Assembly (NCBI GenBank): GCA_034408725.1
Contig: JAWXCN010000237.1
Coordinates: forward strand, 1 to 18,454
DNA: 18,454 bases
Reading direction: 5' to 3'
Source of the DNA: Candidatus Hydrogenedentota bacterium
GTDB lineage: Bacteria > Hydrogenedentota > Hydrogenedentia > Hydrogenedentales > SLHB01
Position numbers and translations under genes: made by a program. The notes beneath the pieces are model-generated. The model saw nothing but the letters and a program-made list of their open reading frames with translations, made no database searches and was not told the origin of the DNA. This document shows positions 1-8,900 of the stretch, in pieces (the first letter of the stretch is position 1; every line of letters starts with the position of its first letter).

Positions 1-1
1 G

Positions 2-1432
2 CATACGAGTTTCACGGAACGATCCCTGTACTTCGGGATTTGCGGATTGGCGCTACTGCTGCCCGTCATCGTCGCGAAACTGTTGTGGAAGCGGCCTGTC
101 GCAATCGTCGCGGGGCTTGCAGTGTTTGCAGTGTTGTTGATGATGGGCGCGGGTACGTTTACGCGCAATAGCCTCTGGCAAAACGAAATGCTGTTGTGGG
201 AAGACGCTGCCGCAAAATCACCCGAAGCACCGGAACCCTTTATCCGGCTGGGCGAGATCCATTATGAGAACGCGCAAACGGCTTACACGGAATCGCAGGC
301 GTTTGCGCGGCAGGAAGAGCGGGCGGCTGCGTCGTCCCGGCGTGAAGATGCCCAGCGCGAGTTTGGTTTTGCCCAGAGTTTTTTGCAGAAAGCGGTCGAG
401 ATTACACCTGACGACGCGCGGCTGCGCAACATACTCGGAGTCACGCTTGCATTCATGAACAAACGCGAAGAAGCGATTACCATGCTGACGGAGGCGCTGC
501 GGCTTGATCCGTCGCTGGACGAATGCACTGTGCAGCTTGCATCGCTCTATGAGTATAACCCGGACGATCCCGCGAATCTGGAGGAAAAACAGCGCGCACT
601 GGATTATTTCCGGCGAGCCGAGCGGCTCGAAGCGCTGGAGCCTGGCGCGCGAATAACATACGCGCTGACGTTGGCGAGGACGGGCAATGTAGGCGGCGCG
701 GCCCGCGCGTTGGCGCCGTTGGATCCGGCAAATCCAAACTCGCCCGCCGCGGAACCGATGCGGCAACTCACACCGTTGCTGGAACAGTTGCAGACGGCGC
801 AACAGGAATATCGCGAAGTCGAGACCGCGAGCGCAGGATCCAAGGAATCCATCCTCGCACAAATTGATTATCTACTCGCGGACGGTCAGACGCTCCAGGC
901 GTTCTATTTACTCGACCGTTTCGTGCGCTATAACCCCGATGATTTCACGGCGTGGTTGTTGATGGGTCTGACGCGGGCGCGCGTTGGAGGGGCGGAAAAG
1001 TTTATTGCCGAACATCCGGTGGCGCCCGTAGCGCCAGAGGGCGCGCAGCCCGCGTGGTTGCAACTTGCGCGGCGGAGCGCGGAGAGTGGACGCTGGGACG
1101 CGGTGCGCACGTATCTTGAGTTCGCGGCCACGCAATCGGACGTTTACGCGAGTCCGCTGGTCACGTTCAGCGATCTTGCGATAGAACTGAAACAACTCGC
1201 GGTTGCCAGCGCGACCTTGACTGAACTCACGAAATCACAACCAGAGAACCCGTTGCCGTGGCTCCGGCTGTGTGACATAGCGCTTCAAAGCAACAACCTG
1301 CCGCAAGCACGCCGTTATCTGGATGAAGCGGAACGGCTCGGGGCCGAGCCTGCTCTCGTCGCGTCCCTGCGGGCGAAAGCTGGTGAAACGCCGGAGGAAG
1401 AAAAAGGCAGGTCTCGGACGATCCTCGATTGA
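2..1432 (+). CDS. TMTC-like membrane protein with C-terminal TPR repeats (5'-partial; true start lies upstream of the window)
   Basis: The frame is open from base 2 (HTSFTERSLYFGICGLALLL...). The ERxLY motif, two hydrophobic helices and RNSLWQNEMLLWEDAAAKSP resemble the membrane-to-TPR junction of TMTC/DUF1736-like proteins. Several TPR-like units follow (e.g. FLQKAVEITPDDARLRNILGVTL, EALRLDPS). Confidence 0.75.
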   Translation, partial: HTSFTERSLYFGICGLALLLPVIVAKLLWKRPVAIVAGLAVFAVLLMMGAGTFTRNSLWQNEMLLWEDAAAKSPEAPEPFIRLGEIHYENAQTAYTESQAFARQEERAAASSRREDAQREFGFAQSFLQKAVEITPDDARLRNILGVTLAFMNKREEAITMLTEALRLDPSLDECTVQLASLYEYNPDDPANLEEKQRALDYFRRAERLEALEPGARITYALTLARTGNVGGAARALAPLDPANPNSPAAEPMRQLTPLLEQLQTAQQEYREVETASAGSKESILAQIDYLLADGQTLQAFYLLDRFVRYNPDDFTAWLLMGLTRARVGGAEKFIAEHPVAPVAPEGAQPAWLQLARRSAESGRWDAVRTYLEFAATQSDVYASPLVTFSDLAIELKQLAVASATLTELTKSQPENPLPWLRLCDIALQSNNLPQARRYLDEAERLGAEPALVASLRAKAGETPEEEKGRSRTILD

Positions 1433-1471
1433 TGACGGCGCGAGACGCCAAAACGGCGCGAGGAGAACAAT

Positions 1472-2161
1472 ATGACCATTCCGCCGGAGGCACTGGACGC
1501 TTCGACCAAGCTTCTGCTCGCCTTTGTGCTCTCGGGCCTGCTCGGCCTTGAACGCGAGCGAAAGGGCCGCGCCGCTGGGTTGCGCACGCATATCATCGTA
1601 TGCCTGGGCTCGACGCTTGCCATGCTCGCGTCCAATAAGCTTTCCGAAGACTGGTTTTCACATGCGACGACCGTTCCCTTTGATCGCGGGCGTGTCGCCG
1701 CGGGCATATTGCAGGGCATCGGGTTTATCGGCGCGGGCACTATTATCAATGTTGGAAATATCCAACGCGGGCTGACGACGGCTGCAATGGTATGGTTCGT
1801 CGGTGTGCTCGGCATTGCCATTGGCCTTGGCTATTTCACCATTGCAATCTGCGCGACGGCTTTTGCGCTTGCGGTCGTGTTGTTGCTCGAACGTGTCAGC
1901 GAACGCGTTTCTTCCGCGCCAATCGAATGCAGAATTAATGTAGAACTTTGTTCTGGGGTTTCAAGCGTACACGAGGTCCAAGAGTTTGTCGAAACGCTCG
2001 GGTACAACGTCAGCACCTCCAAAATCGACGCAGTAGCCGGGGAACCGTGTGTTAAAGCCGAATATCTCGTGAATGGAAAACCCAGCGCGCGATTGGACCA
2101 GTTGGTTGCCTCGTTGCAGGAAAAATTTGAAACCATTAGGAAAGTGACGGTAGTTCGCTAA
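1472..2161 (+). CDS. MgtC/SapB family membrane protein with C-terminal ACT-like domain
   Basis: Signature segments GLERERKGRAAGLRTH, RVAAGILQGIGFIGAG and GLTTAA. AGGAG RBS at ~1461-1465. Confidence 0.93.
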   Translation: MTIPPEALDASTKLLLAFVLSGLLGLERERKGRAAGLRTHIIVCLGSTLAMLASNKLSEDWFSHATTVPFDRGRVAAGILQGIGFIGAGTIINVGNIQRGLTTAAMVWFVGVLGIAIGLGYFTIAICATAFALAVVLLLERVSERVSSAPIECRINVELCSGVSSVHEVQEFVETLGYNVSTSKIDAVAGEPCVKAEYLVNGKPSARLDQLVASLQEKFETIRKVTVVR

Positions 2162-4275
2162 TGAATTCACTTCTGCTAACCGCGATAACCTGGGGTGTGT
2201 TTGCCGCGGCTGATGCCATGCCGCCCGAATCTTACCTTTTGCGAGTCGATGCCGCGGTCCAACAGGCAGGCGGCGACGCGCAATCGATGGCGGCGCCCGC
2301 GAACGAAGCCGCGGCGCGCATGATCGCGGGCGGCAAATTGTGGGCTGGCGGCAACCCCGCGTTCGTCAGCGAACTCTGCGGGCGCGCCGGCGGACTCATG
2401 ATGATCGCGACTCTCGGTGACGCCACGCCCGCGGCCGGCGACGTTCTCCTCTATGGCCTAGCGGATGCGCCTCCACCCGCTGATGCGGTACTGAATTCCG
2501 GCGCATACATCGTGACATTCGGCGATGCGCCTGTGGATGGCGCCGCGCACCATTTCAACGGCTATTCCAAAGTGCACGCCATTTCTCCCACGCTTGCAAG
2601 CATCATCCCGGCCTGGTGTTTCACGGGGGAATTGATCGGCGCGTGCGTGGCGCAGGGCAAAATGCCCGTAACGTATGAAACCATCGGCTTGCCTGGCGGA
2701 TACCCGCGCATCCAGCAGTATCAGTCGAAGGGAAACTTCTGGATTGACGTGTCCACGTGGGAAGAAAAACCGGCGGGCGATGCGCCGCTGGGTGCGCAAT
2801 TCGCTGGGAAAGTTTCCGAAATCCTTCGCCGTATCGAAAAAGAGGAACGCGCGAAACTCGACCTGGCCGGCGCATGGGCCACCGAAGCGCTCGCCACCGG
2901 AAAAACTGTTTATATGTACGGCATGGGCCATTTCATTCCAGATGAACTCGCGAAAACTGAAATAGGAACAAAGTTCGAAACGGCGGAATGGAATTCCGGA
3001 TTTACTTCGTTGAAAACGCCCGAGGACAATTTTTCCGCGGGCGATCTCGCCATTCATATCGGCTACCAGCATCCTCCGAATGGTCTGTTCGATCGTGCGC
3101 GGCCCGCGGGTGCGCGCGTCATTTATATAGAAGTGTTGGAGCATCGCGATTGGAAGAACGACGGCGGCGTAGTCTGGATCGACCCGATGTGGCCCTGGGA
3201 CGACGCAGTAGTTTCGTTGAAGGGCTATGACGTTCCCATGCTTCCGCCGTCGGGCATTGTGAACAGCGCAATCGCATGGGAACTGTATCGGCTCGCAACT
3301 CAGGGCGAATTACCAACAGTGCTCGCCTCAGCGACTGCCGAGCGGCCTCGGCATAGCGAAGCATCCATCGTGCCGTTGAAAGACGGAAGTCTGCTGCTCG
3401 GGTGGACGGAGTTTTACGGCGGCGACTCCGCGGATCACGGCGCCGCACAACTGTCCGGCCGTATTTCAAAAGACGGCGGGCTTACATGGGGCGAGCAGTT
3501 TGTCCTTGTCGAAAACGACGGGGGACGCAACGTCATGGAAGTGAACTTCGTGCGTCTGTTACCGGATTCGCTTGCACTGCTGTATTGCCAAAAAAACACC
3601 GAGAGCACGGATTGCCGCATCATGATGAGGCAGTCGGCGGATGAAGGTAAAACCTGGGGTGATGCGAAGCAGTTGAGTCCGGACAACAAGTACACCGGCT
3701 TGACCAACGGACGCGCGATTCGATTGAAAACGGGGCGAATTCTAGTGGAAGCATGGGAGGGGGGCGACAGCTACTGCGTGATGTCCGATGACAACGGTGA
3801 AACCTGGCGTGATGGCGCGCGCGTAAAACCGGCAGAGGGCGATTGCTGGGAGCCCGCGTGTATCGAACTGAAAGATGGCCGCGTCATGATGCTGATGCGC
3901 ACGCAGCTTGGCGGACAATACATGAGCCATTCAAACGATGGCGGCGAAAACTGGAGCGCGCCCGTCGCAACAGACCTCAAGGGAAGCGCCGCGCCGGTTG
4001 CCATCTCGCGCATCCCCGCAACCGGTGATCTCCTCGCGGTGTGGAACCACAATCCCGGACGAGACGCGCGCTACCCACTGACCTCGGCAATATCGAAGGA
4101 CGAAGGCGCCACCTGGACATCGTTCAAAAACATCGAGTCCGACGGCGATCAATGGGCCTATCCCGCAATTACCTGGGTAGACGGCGCCGCGCTTGTGACC
4201 TACTTCAACTACTCCGGCGGACACTCGTTGTTGCTGCGGCGAATTCCAGCGGCGTGGTTTTATTCTGGGGAATAG
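2161..4275 (+). CDS. Secreted fusion protein: N-terminal tandem SIS-like alpha/beta domains + C-terminal BNR/Asp-box sialidase-like beta-propeller
   Basis: N-terminal hydrophobic signal-like peptide. Five Asp-boxes: SKDGGLTW, SADEGKTW, SDDNGETW, SNDGGENW, SKDEGATW. Sialidase-type WEP, MRT, RYPL and AYP motifs. The ATG overlaps the mgtC-family stop (TAATG). The SIS call for the N-terminal half is inference. Confidence 0.8.
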   Translation: MNSLLLTAITWGVFAAADAMPPESYLLRVDAAVQQAGGDAQSMAAPANEAAARMIAGGKLWAGGNPAFVSELCGRAGGLMMIATLGDATPAAGDVLLYGLADAPPPADAVLNSGAYIVTFGDAPVDGAAHHFNGYSKVHAISPTLASIIPAWCFTGELIGACVAQGKMPVTYETIGLPGGYPRIQQYQSKGNFWIDVSTWEEKPAGDAPLGAQFAGKVSEILRRIEKEERAKLDLAGAWATEALATGKTVYMYGMGHFIPDELAKTEIGTKFETAEWNSGFTSLKTPEDNFSAGDLAIHIGYQHPPNGLFDRARPAGARVIYIEVLEHRDWKNDGGVVWIDPMWPWDDAVVSLKGYDVPMLPPSGIVNSAIAWELYRLATQGELPTVLASATAERPRHSEASIVPLKDGSLLLGWTEFYGGDSADHGAAQLSGRISKDGGLTWGEQFVLVENDGGRNVMEVNFVRLLPDSLALLYCQKNTESTDCRIMMRQSADEGKTWGDAKQLSPDNKYTGLTNGRAIRLKTGRILVEAWEGGDSYCVMSDDNGETWRDGARVKPAEGDCWEPACIELKDGRVMMLMRTQLGGQYMSHSNDGGENWSAPVATDLKGSAAPVAISRIPATGDLLAVWNHNPGRDARYPLTSAISKDEGATWTSFKNIESDGDQWAYPAITWVDGAALVTYFNYSGGHSLLLRRIPAAWFYSGE

Positions 4276-4304
4276 CGGACGAACACGGACGGAACACGGA
4301 CGAA
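4276..4304 (+). repeat. Short tandem repeat, ~2.8 copies of CGGACG(G)AACA
   Basis: CGGACGAACA / CGGACGGAACA / CGGACGAA directly after the 4275 stop, between convergent genes. Confidence 0.8.
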
Positions 4305-4326
4305 GGGGGGCGAAAGTTGCCGCGGT

Positions 4327-5280
4327 TCACAGATTGAAAACGCGCTGGGCATTCTCACGGAATATTTTTGCTCGCGCATCTTCAGATAGTTCGATCTCCC
4401 GATACATGCTGATCTGCGGCACCTTCTGACCCGGCATCAAATAGTCGGTGCCGAACAGCAACCGGTCCGCGCGACGAATCAAAAACTCCCGGCCGAACTC
4501 GACGTCCCGAAGAATTGCGTTCGATCCACTACCAGCGGACAAGTCGCCATAGATATTCGGAAACCGATCCATCAACGCGTCAATGGCGCCACCGGACGTA
4601 GTTTTGCGATTCGGGTACCCGCCAAAATCCGATTCCGTCGCATCACCCGAAATACTCGCCCACCAACCGTTCGCGTGGCCAATGAAAATACCGTTCGGCA
4701 CCGACTCAAGCACCTTCGCAAGCCCCGGCAGGCCCGGCTTGTCCATATTCCGCACGCTGTCGAGATGAAAAAGTATCGGCAACTTCAGTTCTGCCGCCGC
4801 GGCGAAAACTTCAATGTTGCGCGGGTCATCAATGTTCACGCCACACTTGTGCTCGCCATAGCCCTTCACGCCAGCGTCGATGTAGCGTTGCAGGTGCTTC
4901 ACCTTCGCTTCGACCGAGTCTAAGTAGTTCGCGCGCGGATCGATGCAGCAGGAAGCGATAAGGCGTTCGCGGTACGGCTCCGTCTCGCGTAACACATACT
5001 CCGTGCTGATGAGGTGGTCCCACGACTCCGGATTCACCAACGGCAAAACAAACGCCTTGCCTATCTCGACCTTGTCCATCCACGCAACGAGCTCAGAGGC
5101 CGACAGCGGTGGCTTCTCGCCAAATGCCTGCGTGATGTGCGTGTGAACATCGACAAAGCGATTTGCTAAATACTGTGAACCGTGCGACTCTTCCGCATTG
5201 GCGCGCATTGCCCGAGCTACAACGGTCATTGCGCCTGCGGATTTCAGGAATTGGCGCCGCGTTTGATGCAGGCCATGCAT
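4327..5280 (-). CDS. Tat-exported metal-dependent amidohydrolase (Amidohydro_2-like TIM barrel), ~317 aa
   Basis: Start re-called at ATG 5280, with an AAGGAAAGGA RBS upstream and an N-terminal MHGLHQTRRQFLK twin-arginine motif. Metal-ligand motifs DVHTH, GEHK, LFHLD, IGHANG and FGTDY. Confidence 0.9.
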   Translation of the reverse strand: MHGLHQTRRQFLKSAGAMTVVARAMRANAEESHGSQYLANRFVDVHTHITQAFGEKPPLSASELVAWMDKVEIGKAFVLPLVNPESWDHLISTEYVLRETEPYRERLIASCCIDPRANYLDSVEAKVKHLQRYIDAGVKGYGEHKCGVNIDDPRNIEVFAAAAELKLPILFHLDSVRNMDKPGLPGLAKVLESVPNGIFIGHANGWWASISGDATESDFGGYPNRKTTSGGAIDALMDRFPNIYGDLSAGSGSNAILRDVEFGREFLIRRADRLLFGTDYLMPGQKVPQISMYREIELSEDARAKIFRENAQRVFNL

Positions 5281-5283
5281 GGG

Positions 5284-5312
5284 TTGACGTATCCTTTCCT
5301 TCGAGCTAGAAT
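5284..5312 (+). promoter_or_regulatory. Sigma70-type promoter of the antitoxin-doc operon
   Basis: TTGACG (5284-5289), 17-bp spacer, TAGAAT (5307-5312). GGGAGG RBS at 5331-5336 and ATG at 5342. Confidence 0.75.
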
Positions 5313-5329
5313 AACACATGTTATAACAT
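5311..5329. promoter_or_regulatory. Probable antitoxin operator
   Basis: Perfect 12-bp palindrome ATGTTATAACAT (5318-5329) overlapping a second inverted pair ATAACA-CA-TGTTAT (5311-5324), over the predicted transcription start. Confidence 0.65.
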
Positions 5330-5341
5330 CGGGAGGCCCAC

Positions 5342-5566
5342 ATGAAGAGGCTCAAAGTGCGCCGCATCGGAAATTCGCTGGGCGCGATTATACCGCGTGA
5401 GATGTTGCAACGCATGCGGATCGATGAAGGCGATGAGATATTCGCGGTGGAAGAGGCGGATGGCATCAAATTGACAGCGTTCGATCCCGAGTTTCCGCGG
5501 GCGATGAAAGCGTTCGAGGAAGGGCGCAAGAAATACCGCAACGCGTTGCGAAAACTTGCGGAATGA
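5342..5566 (+). CDS. AbrB/MazE/SpoVT-family antitoxin
   Basis: LKVRRIGNSLGAIIPREML...GDEIF swapped-hairpin signature and C-terminal YRNALRKLAE. ATGA overlap with the toxin gene. Confidence 0.93.
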   Translation: MKRLKVRRIGNSLGAIIPREMLQRMRIDEGDEIFAVEEADGIKLTAFDPEFPRAMKAFEEGRKKYRNALRKLAE

Positions 5567-5952
5567 TCCATTGGCTATCGGTCACCGCCGTGCGCTCGAT
5601 TCACTTCGAAGTGGTGCGGGAACATGGTGGGAATCCGGGGCTGCGTGATGAATATCTGTTGCTGTCCGCCGTCGGACGCCCTAAGAATTTGGCGGTATAT
5701 TCGCACGCAGATATTTTTCGACTTGCCGCAGCGTACGCGTACGGTATTTGTGGCAATCACCCCTTTATAGATGGAAACAAGCGAACATCGCTAATGACGG
5801 CCTACGTCTTCCTGCGCATGAATGGATACAAGCTTGTGGCCTCTGAAGAAGAAGCTGCGGCTACGTTCTTGGATTTGGCAGCGGGTACGTTGAGTGAGGC
5901 CAGATTGGCGAATTGGTTACGACGAAACGCGAAGGCCGCGAGAGAAATATAA
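5563..5952 (+). CDS. doc: Death-on-curing (Doc/Fic-fold) toxin
   Basis: HGGNPGLRD...LLSAVGRPKN and the Doc-type HPFIDGNKRT motif; 129 aa; translationally coupled to the antitoxin. Confidence 0.93.
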   Translation: MIHWLSVTAVRSIHFEVVREHGGNPGLRDEYLLLSAVGRPKNLAVYSHADIFRLAAAYAYGICGNHPFIDGNKRTSLMTAYVFLRMNGYKLVASEEEAAATFLDLAAGTLSEARLANWLRRNAKAAREI

Positions 5953-5957
5953 TGCGT

Positions 5958-8900
5958 CTACTCCGCGTCTATCGCGTTCTTCAATTGCTCGCGAAACAGA
6001 TCAATGCGATAGCCGGCGTCGTCCGCGGCGCAGAGGAGGAGTTCCCAATCCAGTTGCAGTGGGGCGTCTGTTTCCACCGGCGTACCCGAAAATGGAATGG
6101 CTGCCTTGAGATGTTTTTCGTCGAGAATAGATCGCGCCTCCGTGATGCCTTCGATCAGGTTTTCGAACTGTTCGCGGTTGAAATACTGGATGCCCTCGTG
6201 TTCGTTGAACCGCAGATACGCCTGTGCTTCGGGGTCGTCGAATGCGCGGAGGACAACGCATTCTAAAATTGCTTTGTCGCCTTTAACCGTATCGAATCGC
6301 GCATGCCGCAGCAACACCCGCGTCAGCGTGTGTACGTTGTGTGCCTTGTCCGTATCGCCGAGAACTTCGCGAAGCGTATCTTCGACCCGTTGACTTAGGT
6401 GCAACACATCCAGCCATTGCGGATAGTCAGCATCGGCCTTTTCGCTGTTCAGGCTCGCGCGCAACGCCGCAAGCAACCAGTATGTAAACGAAGCGCACCA
6501 AGGTTCCAACATGGAAAAAGTACGTGCTTGTTCGTCGTCCAGTTCAAGTTGACTAAGGGTTGCGCGGATGTCGTGGCGTTTGATGCATTGGCCGAGATAT
6601 GTCGAGCCGAGCGTTCTATCCGTCGCGGCATCGGGCGCGAATTCTTTTAATGCGGGCAAGATTGCCGCGAGCGCGGCCGACAAGGCTTCCCCGGAAACCA
6701 TTTCTGCGCGCGTATCGCCGGATTCGTCCAACAAGTCGCACAGCACCGCGGCATTGTAATATTTGCCGAATGCCTCAATTGCCGCCGAGAGTTCACGATC
6801 GCGGTGTTCGTAGTCGAGGTTATGCACCCCACGCCCCTGCAGACCCCACGCGAGAGCTCCCCAGCTTCCATCTGCATCCATGATCTCGCGCCAATCGATG
6901 AAAGCATGCCACTGGTATCCGTTAAGATGGACAAACATTCCGTCGTCGCAGAGTTGTTTCGAGTGCCGGATATATTCGAGGTCCTCGCGATGATCGCGGA
7001 ACGCGTAGTAGAGTGTATCGTCGCGGCGGAGGTTGAGTGAATCCGCGAGTGATTTCGAGATGATCTTGCCTTCTTCGCCGCGGCCTGTGTTGAGGCCGGT
7101 GGATATTTTCGCCCAGCCCGAGGTGGTGTTGTAGGCGTTGTTGTAAAACACAAGAGACCGTTCGCTGCCCGCGCGGTTGGAATATGCGAAGACGTTTTCA
7201 TCGACGTGTCCGCTCGAAGTGTGGAAGTCATAGAACGCGAAATGTTCGACCCCGCTGAACAGGTAGCGTTTGTGTACAAGCGGAAATATTTCGCGTTCGT
7301 GGCGTTGCACGAGATCGGAATCGGCGTGTTCGTCCCAATACGCGCGCCGGTATTCCATTCCGTATTTCTCGGTAAAGCCCTCGATCTGGCCATGTCCAAA
7401 CATCGGCAATCCCGGCAACGTGGTCATCAGCAGACACGCGCCAAAATATTTGTCGCCTTTTCCGAATTGTTCGACAGCAGTACGCTCATCGGGATTGTTC
7501 ATGAAATTGACGAACCGTTTCAGAATTTCAGGACTGAACTCGAGCACGTTCCGCACCGTCGCGCGATAGTTCGCGTTTTGTTCCATTTTTAGCATGTTCA
7601 TGAACGCGCTGTTGTAGACACGGTGCATACCGAGCGTGCGGACGAAATAGCCTTCCATCATCCAAAAGGCTTCCGCGAGCAATAGCGTGTCGGGCACTTC
7701 GCGGGCGACGCGGTCTACGACTTCACGCCAGAATTCTTCCGGCATGGCGCGATCGAACTCTTCGCGCCCCATGCCGTGCTCCGCGCGCGAAGGGATGGCG
7801 CCGGAATCCCCCTGCCTGGGAAACCAGAGACGTTGAAAATGTTTTTTTGCGAGCGTCATGGCGGCGTCGAAGCGGATGATTGGGAACTTTCGCGCGACGT
7901 GGAGAATCGTCTGGATAACGGCTTCGCGCACTTCCGGCATGAGATAGTTTAATTGTGCCGTATCGTTCCAAGGCATGCTCGTGCCATCGTTGCCGTGGTA
8001 AATGTAACGGGTGTCGCCGGTGTCGTGATCGACCCGTTTGAACACAACCGCGGCATCGCGCTGCGTCCAGTAGCCATCTTCAATGTAAAGGCCCACCCGC
8101 GAATCGTGCGAAAGATTTGGCCCGTTGAACGTGTAATTCGGGTACGGGGGGTGCGGAAGCGAGAGAAACCAGTGCGGATGCTCGATGACCCATCGCGAGA
8201 ACATGCCCATATGGTTGGGGACCATGTCGCTGGCGAGCCGAATGCCGCGCGCGCGGGCGCGATCGCGAAGATTTGTATAGGCGTCATCGCCACCGAGGTC
8301 TCCGGCAATGGCGTAGTCAAACAGCGAGTACGCCGAGGAGACGGCGTCGGGATTTCCCATCATGCGCTTAATGGTGGCCGAGGCTTCCGAGCGTTCCCAC
8401 AGTCCGATCAGCCACAGTCCATTGAATCCCCAGCGCGCGAGTTGATCGAGTTCCTCATCGGGAATGTGATCGAGTCGATGAATGTGCCGCTGGTATTTTT
8501 TGGATAGCTGGTCGAGCCAGACGTACACGCTCTTCGCCATCAGCACGACGTTGGACATCCAGTCGGCATCTGCGGAGAACCGTTCAAATTCGGGATAGGC
8601 ATCGGCTGCGGTGCCGCCCTGTTTTGGGCCAAATCGAAGCACATCGACCATACCGCCGGGGGTAAATCCTCCGCGCTGTTTGTATTCTTCGCCGAGAATG
8701 TCCTGCACGGTAAGCAGGCGGATTGTGAGCGAATCGGGAAGAATGCGCGCCCATTTCGTCCGGATGAAATCTAGCTGCGCTTCGAGCGAGTCCGGCGCGG
8801 CCCGCATCGGGGCACGAAGGCATTCGAAGAGCGGTTCATCGAGCAGGTCAAGGGTTGGCTGCGTATTGAAATATTGCTCGATATTGACGACCAGCGGCAC

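Noticed and set aside
4276..4304. Possible CRISPR mini-array
   Set aside because: The units are 10-11 bp with no spacers, and there are no cas genes.
5281..5571. 97-aa N-terminal extension of the amidohydrolase ORF (414-aa call), antisense to the antitoxin
   Set aside because: The Tat motif and RBS place the start at 5280. The extension is the reverse-strand shadow of the antitoxin gene.
6647..7399. 250-aa alternative-frame ORF within GH13, and other overlapping ORFs such as 218-862, 2458-3144 and 13889-14503
   Set aside because: Their biased composition (Thr/Ser/Ala or Arg-rich) is typical of off-frame or antisense translation, and they lie within well-supported genes.
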